From the NCBI GenBank assembly GCA_030141605.1, contig JAQGDQ010000054.1:186001-250000 (forward strand): 64,000 bases of DNA, written 5' to 3'. Positions 34,047-47,551 of the stretch are shown here, one piece after another. Each line of letters begins with the position of its first letter. Position 1 is the stretch's first letter. A program made the position numbers and the translations under genes. This stretch comes from Tubiluchus corallicola (lineage: Eukaryota; Animalia; Priapulida). Below the pieces are notes generated by a model. That model saw only the letters and a program-made list of their open reading frames with translations. It made no database searches and was not told where the DNA came from.

Positions 34047-36956
34047 TCATCCTTTTAAGAAAGGTTTGTTCAAGAAGAGTTTTTGCGAAGCCGGTTGCAC
34101 CACATGAATGGGACACTTTCGGTAATGCACAATGAGGTCCTCGACTGAGCGGAATCGACGCTGCCCCACCCAATATAAGCCACTTTCCAAGTGTACCCGG
34201 AAGTGCATATTTCGAGTTGGTGCTTTGAAAGATAGAACGTAGTCTCCATTCTGAAAAAATATGGAATGCATTATTCTACAGGACAAATTTTAACAGTAAA
34301 TGATTCAAAAGAAAACAGGACTATTTTCTGATACTAGCTCATTTACACCTTTCTTTTACAATTTATTACAAGCCCTATTCAATACTCAGTGGAATGGCCT
34401 ACTTATTATGTTAAACCTAGACCATATACAGGATAAACCTCTGAAACAGAAAGCCAGTAGAAATGTTTTAGTAATATTCAAATGCCTATACGTAATTATT
34501 CTCTGAACAAGATAATAGCAGATGAACCTGCAAAGAAGTGGTTTTCTTGACAGTCACCCATCCACTTACTAATTAGATCTGACATGGGGTACAATTTTTT
34601 ATTTGCCAAAGCGACATTGAAAGAGAAACACAAAAACTTAAAATATAATCGTTTACAGTTGAGTTATCTTGTAAATTCACGAGGCTACTTTGGCATCGCA
34701 GGTGGTTTATGCAGTTTGACAATACTTCTGTTAATCCCGAACAGTCTATTTTTTAAGAGGGCATTTGGCAAAAGAAGTAGGCTTCGTTACCCAACTAGGT
34801 TTGTGTAGCTACAAGTTTGCAAAGTTAAAAAAATTGTTAACTTATCTTCCAAAAAATTAAATCCTTAATGTAAGTCATTTAAAAGCAACACTTGTTCCTG
34901 TTTTATTGACAGGTCATTTTGAGCTGCAGCATAAGCAGTTTTTCCTTTAAGTTATGCACGCGAATTTATCAGTTCCAAAACATAACTGACAATTAATCTG
35001 GCAATTAAAAAAATTCTGGTGTCCATCTTGGAGAAATTTTGTTCTGTAATTAGTAAAACAGGAATACTATATACACTTTCTGCGGAGTCTACTCCACTAA
35101 TATATAATGCCGACATTACCTATAGCTCCACACAGGTTCTTTGTACAATGACGACATTGTTTAAATAGAGAATTAATCTATACTGCATACACTTTTAATA
35201 AAGCAGCTCTCTTTTGGCAATCATTGTACGATTAATTTCTATGCAGTCAAATAATTACAATTATTTAGATAGAAGAAAAACACTAACAAAAACAAAATTT
35301 TAGAATGTGGCTTGACTGTAGAGTTTATATTTAATGACAGCAAACTTACGTGACTTTCGCTATCCCGTACAAGAAAGTCTCCACTTGTCCCAAATGTATT
35401 TAATAAATTATCACAATCTGCTCTGCTTAATTTTCCATAATAATATTCTTTATCAACTAACAATGGCGTCCTTTCTCTGGAACCGTCCTTGCCTGCTCGG
35501 GAGAGCAATGGACTATGAGACACTGCAGACTGACTAGAAGACCGCGGTTGAACTTTGGGAGAGGCAGACGATTCACAAATTTTCACATAATTTTTTGGCA
35601 CGAGTCCAATGGCTCCTGCAGAGTTTTTTACACGCCACCACTCTGGATCATCTTCAGGTTTTTCTACAAGTTCTAAATCCTCGCCTTTTTCAATACTAAG
35701 CTCTTCGTCATTGCGAGCGGTAAATTTATAAAGTGCATGTATTACAACTGCTTTTGGCATCGTTGGTGAGTCCGGTATACTCGGTAAAGGAGGCACCATC
35801 ACACTAGCACCAGGACAAGCACTTTGTTCATCAGCATCAGGATCTACAATGACATAGTTGCTAGGAAACCAACCAACTTTCCCATTGCACTCTCCTCGCC
35901 ACCATCCATCATTGCTCTTCTCGATCACTAGCACACGAGCACCTTTCACTAGACACACTTCATCATCACGAACTGGATCATAGCGAAACTTGGCGACAGC
36001 GGGAATGTGTAGAGGTGGATGTGCAACATCTGACGTAGCATGATCGTATAGGAGATCTTCGTTCAGATGCTTCATGTTATGGTCCATGTCAACCTCCACG
36101 TACCCGGGATATGGAGGCATCGGTTTATTTTCTGTGCTCTTCCGATGCTTAACCTTCTTCTTTATGTTATCCAACAAAGATGGCTTTTCTCGTTTGACAT
36201 AATTAGAAGGCACAAATCCATTGTGTCCTTTACTATTTTGAACCTTCAAAAAATAAAACTTTATAAGAAAACAAAATTTCAGTAAATGAATCCGTTATTG
36301 TTGCAGTGTAATATATAATTACTAATGCAGTCAAATTTGGCACGACCTTGGGAAATTATGCAGACATAGTTATAACATAATAGCATTGTTTATCGAGTTC
36401 CACCTTCTCCCAATCGAGATTAATTTTCATAGGGCAAAGGGAATCAGTGGTTATAGGGTCTGTTTAGCTAAACAAAAGCTAAACAACGCCCAGTCTGGTT
36501 AGTGGGTGGCTGCCAGAAAAACTGCTTCTGGGTGGTTTCATCTGTTACGAGGTTGCAAAAAATATTCTTGCAGAAGTGCATTCTCTCACAAAACTAGCTG
36601 TATCATGCTTAGTTTGCTCGTTAGCATGTTACTCATGTTGAATTCTTGCAAAACCAGAATTATTTATTTTTCTCCTCTGCATGCATTTAAGAAGCCTGGT
36701 GGAATGCTACCAGAAAACTTGCTGCAGAAAAATGCCTCGTTATTACAGACGGATACCTACAACAGAAGAACAGGATAACTTGAAAGTATGAACCTGTTTA
36801 AGAACAGCATTATTAGGTATGATGATAATAAAATTTAACAACATGAATCAACTAATTTAAAATTTTAAATACGATAACTGTAAGTCAAAATGTCAATGAA
36901 CAGTCAAAAGGTGGAGAGAGAGAGAAAGAGAGAGAAGGGGGAGGAGAGAGAGAGAG

Positions 36957-37025
<69 letters not shown>

Positions 37026-40000
37026 CCTTCCAAAAAATTGATGTGTGACCGCCTGTGTGACACTTCTGCTATTACAGTATTCTCTTAGCAAATTATTCTT
37101 GATAACTGAGATGGGTTCTGAACCAGCCACACCCACTTATACTAAGTAGGCTGTCCCAGAAAGAGTTAGGTTCTGCAGAATATCAAACTAGCTAGAAAGT
37201 TACTCAGGTAGATTTTAGGTTGGGATATTTATAGATTTAAAAGGCATCTCAGCAATTTTCAGCCACACTGTATCTATTTTACATTATCATTATGTTAATT
37301 TTGTAGATCTAAATGCTCTACAGCAGTTTGAATTACATTGCACATATATCAGTCTAGCAGAAATTCGCAATTCTAAAGGCTTTTCAGCAGCTTTGATTTA
37401 CAGTTAGTACATACATTAAATTAGTAGAGATTTATTGATCTAAAAAAGTTTTTACCATGCATCTGAAATCACTCTAGACTAAGAATCATTTTCAAAAAAA
37501 GTTTTTAATGCCTTGTTGCACCTCTTAATTTTAGTGAAGTGCTGCAGTCATTTTCAGCACCAAAAGAATGTTTTCTGGCTTTAAAACTGGGACACCGTCT
37601 AAACGATTACGTTTGAACACCAAGCCACTATTTCGCAAGCACAGACTTTACTACAGAAAAGCAAGCCAAATATTTATTTAGCTTCGTGTTTTGTTTTTGT
37701 GAGAGCAGAGTCAATGAAAACAAAATTTTAGCTAGCTAGTGGGCAGTATTTACTACATAACTTTTACTGAACACTTAATTATTTAAAAACACACAAACTG
37801 GTTCAAGTATCAAAGTTAATCTAAACTATGAAAACAGTTGGCAATTTTTGACTTGCTTGTTCATTGAAATTGTGTGTAAACTACATGAATACTCTACATT
37901 GCATCAGAGCTAACTAAATCTTATACGAACTGAAATCACTACTCTTGTTGTGGACTTTGTTGTTACTATTGTTGTGGGATAACCATTTCGAATCCAAGAT
38001 GGTGGGAATGATACTATTTTCGAAAAAGTTTACATAAATTTGCATTAAATCATCGTGAAATTTATAGAAATGCACTAGAAAATATACCCATCAATTATGG
38101 ATTCAGATTATTGACTGGCCATCTTGAATTCTATATGGCAGCCTAGAAAAAAGGCTAGTAACATCAGTCTAGAAAAAAGCCTAAGGCTCCACCAATTCGC
38201 AGCAGATTATCTTGAAATCCCACAAGAAAATACTAGAATAAATCCTGCTGTGATTCAGATTTTTGATTCGCCATCTTAAATTCAAGATAGCAGCACTGAT
38301 GTCCTTTCTAATCTATGACCTTCAGTTCACCAAGTCCCCGATCAACAGTTCAAGTAGTTGAACTTGTTAGACCATATTCACCATGTTAAAGTAAAAATGC
38401 TGTAGTGATATCCTTACAATATCAGTAGATGTTGATTTAAAAAGCTGCATTTAAACATATTTTGCACTAAAATTTAGTAAACTGATGGACATCATTTTTT
38501 TGCTGTCTTGAGGCTCACTCAAAAATGTCAAATAAAGATTAGTTTAGATCACAAAATAATATAGATTCACAAAACGAATACAGAATTATTCACATACATC
38601 CTCTAGAATTAACAAAGGCAGCATGTTAGTCTTGCCGAAACTTACCCATAAATAATAGTAACACCAAAAAAACTGCAAAATTGTAAACAATAATGATAAA
38701 AAACAAGTATACACTGCCTAGGAGAGGAAATTAAATGCACACAGTAAAGGATGCTGATTTAGGCGTAGTGCAGAGCATGCCAGCCATAGCAAGTGTTTGG
38801 ATGAATGTATAAGCTCAGTTCGAGAAGTAAAACTGCCATGAAAATGCAACTAACCAAAGCTAGCAATTTTATGTATTTTTACTGGCTCACGACTCATTTT
38901 TATCATTATATGTGTGTCAAGTTATTTAATATAAGATTGGAATCAGTTGTGAATGGCAGATGTATCAAAGCAAAATTAACATCACTCACACTTCTTTAAC
39001 TGGTATGGGAAGACAAACTAACTAACTGAAAAAAATTCTACCAACTAAGATATTTAAAAAAACGATGTTTCAGTAAACCTCTCTGTGAGCATCTTCAAAT
39101 GGAAAAAGAGAAGAAAAATGCAATTTTTTGAACTTTATAATTTACAACAAGATAATCAAGATCATTATAGTAATTACGTTACATTGTAACTGTGTCGTAA
39201 TTATAAATATTGTACAATAGTGTAACTTTGTGTTACTCATTTGTTATTTATTGTTGTTCTAAATGTATTTTGAATATGAACTTTACATTCGGAATAAACG
39301 ATAAATCAATCAATCAAATAAAAAAAGGTCCTAATTGTAAATATATTATAAAAGTGTAACTTTGGGAGTTTGTGTGTGTGTTATTTAATTGTTATTTATT
39401 GTTGTGGTAATTGTATTTCGAATTTGAGCTTCATGTTTAAAATAAATGATAAATCAATCAATGAGTCAAACATTGAAACAGGCAACACCGGGTTTTGATT
39501 ACATAAATTTTTAGAACAGAAATACAAATATCAATTAATTGTTCATCCGTAGTTGGAACTTCTATTCAGTTAGAGTTTTTTGCTTAACCTTTCCTATGCA
39601 GTGCAGTGCACATTAAACAGCAGAGTTTTATGAATCACACCCGTGCCACATGTTAAACATGCTTAGTAGGCTATTTTTTCCCAGGAATTAGCAGAGCTAA
39701 AAAACAGGGAAGATTCTTGCTGAGTGTAAAGCTAAATAACTGTAGGCATTTGTCGATCGGTCGCAAAGAGTTAAAGTCTCGGGTGTCATTCGTGTTTACG
39801 CGCAATCAAGGAGGCACTCAAACTCGGTGCATGGGCGCTTAAAAAGCTGAAGAAAAATCAAGCCAAAATGCAGCTATTTAATACTTGGTGGTGATCTGTT
39901 TTCCAAAGTTTTCTTTCTGGTGATAGATAAAAAAGTTATCAGTCATCTGTTTTCCAAATGCCTTTGGTGACTAATAAAAGCAAATAAAAAAAACAAATTC

Positions 40001-42908
40001 TAAAAACAAAAGCTGAACTACATGTAAATGACAAAATTATGACAATTTTTACAAATCATAAAGGAAAAGATGGCTAAAAGGTTACTGAAATAGTCTATTG
40101 AAATAGTTCACTTCAGGAAATTATTACATGTAAGGTAAAAACTGACAAAAAATCTGATCACAGTTGATAAAAGCAATAATAAGAGCCAGGGTATTTACGA
40201 TGATTCGATAATTCTACGCTTCAAACAAATTACCAAGCCCAAGGTGAAACTTGTACAGTTTATGCACTGCTAGCCAGATGAATGAAAGGCAGGCCCTACT
40301 TATTAAGCTGACAGTTGTGGGAGAACTGGAACCTAATTCGACACTAAGGATAATCCTCTAAGATCAGCTAATGAGACAACTTGGCAGGGGCTATAGTCAC
40401 GTTTGAAGACATCCGTCTTACTATTAGATAAATAGTCGGACACAGTATGATAGTGAGTCGCCTAAATCGATTTTCCTAGTTGTCACCCAGCTGTTTACTG
40501 ATCAAGCCCAGTGCTGTTTAACTTCGATACACAAGAGAAATTCTTTGATAACTGCCTTTGCAAAGTGCAGCTTTGAAGCAGTTGCAGGTAACAGTACTGA
40601 CAAATTTGGAATTGCCTTTATTTAAGCATGCATGTGTTTTTGCTTTGGTTTTGTCAAACTTTAAATGCCCAAGGATGTCAGGCAGTGAACAGAAATACAG
40701 AGAAATCCAGGCTTTTGGTCACATTTTAAAATGCAAGCACACAACATGCAGTCAGTAAGCATTATAAAACACATCCATCATTTTCTTTGTCCAATCTTAA
40801 GAACTACTTTACGTTTTTGCATTAAAATACACATTTGTTTTGACATTAATATTTTTCAAAGTCACATTGCAAACCGAACATCTACACAGTACAATGCAAC
40901 ACAATAAAAATAGGTATAATTTTACTTGTTGGGCCATCCTTAGCATATTTTTGTTTGTACAAGAATGATCTTTGCGTGTACATTACATTTACATTATTAT
41001 TAAATGTTTACGGTGCCCCAAAAACAGGCTTTTCAGTCACACCGTGCAAAAAATTATATTCAAAATAATAAAATGTGTAATCACAAAAGCAAAAAGACCT
41101 AATTAAAAACTACGGTCATAAAAATTCGAAATAAAATCATAATTACAGAACATTCATGACTATAATCTAAAAGCATTTGCAAACAAATTGGTTTTCAGTG
41201 CCATATTAACGGTAGGGGTAGTTAAATCTTTACACTAACATTTAATGGCAGCTTATTTCATATAGTTAATCCAGCATGTGAACAGAATAGAGAAAAAAGT
41301 CTTAATATTTATCCAAGAAACTTGCAGTAAGTGTGATTATATAATCTTAATGTGTAAGTTAGTACATATATTCCTGAAGTAATTTCCAAAGTGGTTAAGT
41401 AGTGAGGAGCTTGAACATGAAGACACTTAAAGGTAAGTATTGCAATTATGAATTACTGGTAACTGAGATACTGGTAACCAGTGCAAAGAAATTAAAGAGG
41501 AAGTGACATTATTATAGTTATAAGGCCATTAATCACCCTTGCTGCACAAGTCTGCAATTTATTTTGTTTGTTTAGTACAACCATACAATAGTGAATTACA
41601 ATAGTCAAGATTAGATGACACAGAAGAGTCAGCTAAGGATTCAGTTGCACTGATAGTGAGCTATATTCTAATTTGCCTCCAGGATATGTACTTTAACTGA
41701 AAATGTAATTTTTTTACATATGTTAGTTAAATTCTGGTTCATGATTACGTTTTCATCGAAAATAATTCCAAGTTAAAACATTTCCACTTTGCAAAATTGC
41801 AGTTCCTCCCATTTGCAATTGTTGTTTTATTCCGGTGCATAATAGTTGTGTCTTATTATCATTTATTTGAAAACGTTTAGTTGGTCCTCTATTAACCTTA
41901 ATGCATTTTCTGCAGAATCAATGAGTACAATAGTAATCGTGGTTAAGGAATTTAAAATATAGTATGTTTTTGCACTAATTAAACACTAACTATGCTAGTT
42001 TCTAGTTATTCGTCATCTATAGTGTATAATGTTTGTGTAAGACAATATCAATTAAATATTTACTAACTGGGTGGTACTTTATGCAGTGTGCAATCTCGAG
42101 AGTAAGTGTGCAAACTCGTTTAGTGTAGCTAAGTATTCAATGTGATTTTTAGGCATTTTGCACACTAGGCATCTATTTTTATCTATGTGCCTTTACGACC
42201 TATTTGTGACTATTAGTGACCTAAATAGAATAAAATATTTAAAAGAAAATAAACTAGAAAAAGGCTAGCAATGCATCATCATGAGGGCAAGTCTGCAAAA
42301 GTTGTTCTAGCCTCTAAACATTGCCTTCAGCTGGCAGAAATGCACATTTAAATGAGGATCTTTGGATCAATCATTTACATATCATCAAGAAGCCTTTTCA
42401 CAGTTTCGTTGTGTTGCACGTGCAGTTGCTGTAGGTCAAAGGTTAAGTGTAGCACAATAACGCGTCTTAACTACAACTGTCACGTGACATGTGGATAAAG
42501 CAAAGCCATCTGCCACATAAGTTCAGGAACTTCAGTTGTTTCACGCGGACTTGACTTAATTATGCATTAGGATGTGCGTAAGGTTCTAGATAGCTATTAA
42601 AACTGTTACTATTACAATAGCAATGGACTGCGAGGCATTTTTAAGTATACACAAGTGTATTGTCTGGTACACTTAATCTTTGACCTTTTCACGATCATCA
42701 TCAATCGCTGAAACTATAATGTGTTTTGCAACGTCGAATAAAGAGGGACCACTTATCTTGCAGCAAATGCCTATAATATTACCTTCCACCAGTGACGTGT
42801 GTCGTCCAGCAGTAGAAGACGTTCATGTTTCCTCATGTCTAACTCTTGAGGTCCCTGAGCTTTGTAATCATACTTGGCTACAACATATGTTTCATCAGCC
42901 TCCTTCAT
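34047..42908 (-). CDS. NCK: Cytoplasmic adaptor NCK / Dock (SH3-SH3-SH3-SH2)
   Basis: Exons 42908-42783 (acceptor at 42918), 36243-35350 and 34250-34047 splice in phase 0. SH3-1 [46 protein letters not shown]; SH3-2 [17 protein letters not shown]...GWFPSNYV; SH3-3 ALYKF...[20 protein letters not shown]; SH2 [16 protein letters not shown]...HFRV...GQRRF. Confidence 0.96.
36913..37020. repeat. (GA)n microsatellite
   Basis: Directly visible. Confidence 0.98.
37940..38300. repeat. Second, inverted copy of the 27095-27480 repeat family
   Basis: gccatcttgaattctatatggc (~38118), gccatcttaaattcaagatagc (~38270), and ttgttgtgggataacc matching the reverse complement of ggtcatcccaacaacaa. Confidence 0.6.
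39190..39462 (+). repeat. Two tandem ~130 bp units resembling LINE 3' ends (AATAAA plus (ATCA)n tail)
   Basis: Both units contain gtgtaacttt...ttgttatttattgttgt...tgtattt.gaat.tga...aataaa.gataaatcaatcaat. Confidence 0.65.
40230..40545 (-). mobile_element. Degenerate SINE-like element with 5S-rRNA-derived head (SINE3-like)
   Basis: 40473-40540 ttcctagttgtcacccagctgtttactgatcaagcccagtgctgtttaacttcg resembles the reverse complement of the 5S internal control region (ttcccaggcggtcacccatccaagtactaaccaggccc...gcttaacttcg). A second remnant gtcacccatccacttactaa occurs at 34553-34572. Confidence 0.5.
40975..41700 (-). mobile_element. L2-clade LINE 3' fragment, decayed
   Basis: Minus strand reads [12 protein letters not shown] (41615-41580), [31 protein letters not shown] and LKTNLF, typical L2 ORF2 C-terminal motifs. 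Ends in a (TGTAA)n-like tail near 40980. Confidence 0.8.
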
Positions 42909-43700
42909 CCTCACTTCCTGCAAACAATGAAAAAAATTATTTAATGTCAACAATGTGGGATTGTGCTTATACAGCACTATTTTATTACTACACTAGTCTA
43001 TTAATTATTAGCATAGTTAGCATATTAGCATTTCAGCAGACTTTTGCACAGTAAAAATTACATGGGCTTATTCAAACAAGAATTGTATCAACACTGTTGT
43101 CACTATATTCATTGTGATCATAATTATCATCGTCATCATCAAGTTTATCATCACGATTATTGTCATTATGGTCATCAACACTTATATACTGTCATCATAC
43201 GCATGATCATTACCTTCTACTATGCACTCTAGATTACACTAAAATTTACCCCATTGTGTTTAGTAATATAAAGTACCTAAATTGCAACTGGCTAGATTTG
43301 GCTAATTCAGAAGGGACATTAACTTTAGCCTTAGACCTTTAGCCTTATAGCTCCCGATAATGAAAGTCAACTGAATATAATAAGCTTATGGACCGATTGG
43401 ATGTGCACAAAACTGCACATACATACATTCTCAAATCATCATCATATGCCCATTACATCTATTGCAGAGAATGGGCAGGCAGAATGTCAAAACAAAAGAA
43501 ATCTGCCTTCAAGACAGGTAATAAAAAATAAATAAAAGCTGGTTGTGGGGAATTTTCTGCTTTTTCTTTTATCTCAAAAATAGGAATGAAAACTGTTATT
43601 TTATGTTCTCTTTCAGTTGTTTCGAAAAAATCTGATTGAAATAACTAAATACAAAATTATCGGAAGGAGTTTTCATTTCCCCACACAATTTAAATATTCT

Positions 43701-43782
43701 TAACCCTAATACTAACCTTAATCCCTAACCCTGACACTAACCATAATCTCAACCGTAACCATAACCCTAACTCTAACCCTGA
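43701..43782. repeat. Degenerate interstitial (TAACCC)n telomere-like array
   Basis: About 13 imperfect hexamers such as taaccc, taacct, taacca and caaccg. Confidence 0.8.
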
Positions 43783-46700
43783 TCCGCTTCACGAACTAAT
43801 TTTTTGTGTTTTGCGAATTGTAAACTTTAGCCAAATTACCAAATGTGACATTTTCTAAAATATTCAAATTATATGGAAGTTGGATGTACACTTCATATTT
43901 ACAAAAAACTATAAAAATAATCAAGAGAAAACAGAAAACTTTCAGAGAATTGGAAATCAATGTAGCGTAACAAAGCAAAAACAATCAAACGGCTAATCAA
44001 GTTAGACGCACTGGTTTTTTTCTGGCAGATTTCTCGAAAATTTCGGTTTGATGAATTGATGCATCGTTAATCTTTGATGCATGCCCAAAGACTGGAAGCT
44101 GGAATAGCAGAGGCTGAAGATTAATATCTCATGACACACATTGGCCAAGTCAGACGTAATTTGCTGCGTTTGACAGTGACTGATAGTAGCGTACAAGTTC
44201 AAATTCTGTCCATGAAGAAGCTGCTCTGGCCAGCTTCACAGATGCGCTTATACACGGCATGTACTTATGAAAGTATGTATCTACATGAAACGTTAGCTAA
44301 GGAAAATAGTTATATGTCAATTTGACAAAAAAAATCTGCATTAACATTTTGCTTTTTAGTACTACTTAGTGCTGACTGTTTTTGGCAAACTGAGATTCCT
44401 TATTTGAAAGATAATAAGTATGTGTCATTCTGTTACATCTATTCAACCAAAGTTAAAAATTACAAGCAACTAATAGCTTTTTTTTACGTTGCACATCTGC
44501 TGTTGCTTGGGGGATTAGGGATCCAGTCGCCCCACAACACTGAGTAACAGCATCACGCATAAAACCTTTAAGACGGTTTTCACCCTTAAAACTGAAGAGG
44601 CCGACACACGCTTTGCGTAAGATGCATATACACGTTCTTTCAATTAACATTATATTGTGTAAATAGCGGAAAATATCACTGTAAGCGTAAACACCCACAG
44701 TGGGAGAACACACGTGCAGCTAATTCGCATAAATCAAGCACAAAGTACCAACCAGAAGATTTTGCAGAAGTTTAAAGGCACAGTATTGTATTGCAGTGAC
44801 AAGACGCTGACCAGCCAACACAATGTAGCACATAGTTCCTATATCGGATGATCACCATCGTCGTCCTACAGGATTTGAGAAGAGAGAGAGACTCAGAGAT
44901 GGCAAGGTGAGAGAGAAGCCGAGAAGCCATCTGCGTGGCTGACGAGTGAAAAGCGATACGCAGTGGCATAAATAGAAGCCACGTACTGCTGTATACAAGG
45001 GCCTGCAATTAATGCTGGTCCTCTTATGCACGCGTTTTCCTGGGAGAAAGCACAACAAAACAATTTCAGAATATGTCACTAATACTAACAAGACATAGGT
45101 AGGTTTTGAAGGAAGAAAGAACACTTTAATAGTGTAGAAAAAATTATTTTATTAATCTCAATAATAAAAAAAGTACCTGTCAACCTAAAGTTCAACATTT
45201 AGGTGAGTTACCATAATTACATTCTAACTACTTCGATGATCATGTAATTTCGTAAAAACACATTAAATTCAGTTAGTTGAATAATAATTTTAGCAGACGG
45301 TGAACAATGTGTAAAAGTCGAAAATTTTAGTGAAAAGTAATTGTTTTTGCAGAGATAGTAAAGTATAAAAGTTAGGTAGAAATTATGCCAGATACCACCA
45401 ATAATATATGTTACATGGATCTAAAAAATGTCCGTCAACTGGAATTCGAAAAAGTGCATTTTCTGGCGATTACGACAGGAGGTGAAAACACATATCGATT
45501 TGAATTTGTCACTACGATTATTTTTTGATTACATTTTCGGCTGCTTATTTTGATTACCTCCGCTATATGTAAAGTTATTCATGTTCATACAATCCTATAC
45601 CCTGTCATCAGATTTTATGACGGCAGTTGAACTTTATAGCAGAGATAACTTGTTTTATCTGTGACTGGCACGAGTCATGAATTTCATCTGGGACGAGCTC
45701 TAAAGACTCATTAACAAGTTTACAACCATGGCTTTGCAATGGATACAGCATCTCATGAGTCGACTCTTCAAAACTGTTATTCTTATTCTCATTACATTCG
45801 CCAGTCAAGGGGGGAATTCTAAGCGCCTACCAGTAGCATAATCTGTCGATGACAAAGTCAGCAAATTAAAAAGAAGCTGAGACAGACAGATCATTAGCCA
45901 CGCTGGATTAAATTTCAATTACTGCACAAGCGCTTTACTGACTTTAACAATTACACTGCGTAACTTAAATTAGGTAATGGAATTAGCGCGGCTTCAGCTA
46001 ATTTTAGGAAGAAAAATAACCGCGTGAGCGCAGTTTTTGAACAGTACATGGTTTCCCAACGTTTAATACAAAATTAAGCAACAATATAATGTAAATATAA
46101 TCAATCATGTCATGTTTCACTTCTAAGTTGAAAATTTTCCAACATTAAAGCTTTGTTCATCTTCAGTGAAGAAATAATAAAGAAAGGAACCTATAATGTA
46201 TGGAAGAATAAAATAATAATACAGAATAATGTTCTAAACGATTAGAGAATTATATTACAATATTCTGTATTGCTGTTTCATATTTGAAATTCTATTCAAG
46301 ACCCGTTCTTTATTTGACTATTTTTGACAGTCTTAAAAATCGTTAGGAAGAACATACAACTGACGTGCAAAGTCAGCTCCATTCTTTTGATGTTTGAGAA
46401 ATAGCCGTTTGTAATTTCAGAAGACTTTTTTAGCTGAATGGCAGAAAATAACAGAAAATTTCATCAAGGAACTTTCAACAAAGATTTTTACGTTCCGTAA
46501 ATTTATTAGAAACTTCTCCACCCCAAAGTAGAGAATATCAGAAATAAAAACTTCAACAGATAATATTTATACAACCTTGCTTGGTTAATGCAATACACGG
46601 TAACGGGAGAGCCAAGCAAAGACGTGTAATCTAGCTAAGCATCTTACACTTAATCCTACTGAGAAACACTTGGCACTGTTTCATCAATGGTGTCATCAAA

Positions 46701-47551
46701 AGCAAGACAGTTATGTTCAAAAGAATTTAAGCAAAAGAACGCAGGCCAGTACCAACTACCAACCCTACAACTAGTAGACAGAAGTTGGAAAAATATCCTT
46801 GACACAAAAACACACATTTAAGAGTGATGTTAAAGAGGAAGAAAAGGAAATTTTAAAGTATATCCCAAAAAACTTTCTCACAAAGTTATTTTACTTCGCG
46901 ATACTCTTGCCAATTTTAAAGACTTATGTAACTGGGAAACAAAATTCTTATAATTTAAAATATTCCCACCAACTGGTAAAATATCAATGCGTTACTGTAA
47001 ATATGGTAAAATATCACTGTATTACTGTAAATATGATAAAATACTACATGTACTATACCCTAATGTGTGCCGCTGCCTCACCAAAAAATATTATTCATCT
47101 TATTGACAATGTAAAATAATTTATGCTTTTGTTAAGTTAGCGAAGAGTGTACAGCAAATGGTTTTATTATTTTTTCAAACTTTAGGCAATGTTATCTAAA
47201 CTTGTTTCAAACAGGGATGTGATAAACGACTTACAAGTAAAATGTCTAATGGTCATCGCGGGAGTTTAAATTTATAAGTTATACACAGCGTTATTGCCAT
47301 CGCAAGCTATGCAAAAACACATCATGCAAGTGATACAAAATTTCAAGACGAATTTCTAAGCTTTACTTATGAAGAGTGTTTTCTTGTCCTTTAACAAAGT
47401 TATTGCAGACCTGTTGGAGTAGCCATTTTATGCTGTTCCATTGCAAATTTCGCCAAATTTAATTAGCCATGACATTTTGTAGGTAGAAGATAAAACGAAT
47501 GTACAGTAGACACATTATCTGATATTGTCTCACACGTCACAAAATTAACAG

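Noticed and set aside
43044-43232. His/Tyr/Cys-rich ORF
   Set aside because: Product of degenerate (CAT/TCA)n low-complexity sequence upstream of the first NCK coding exon.
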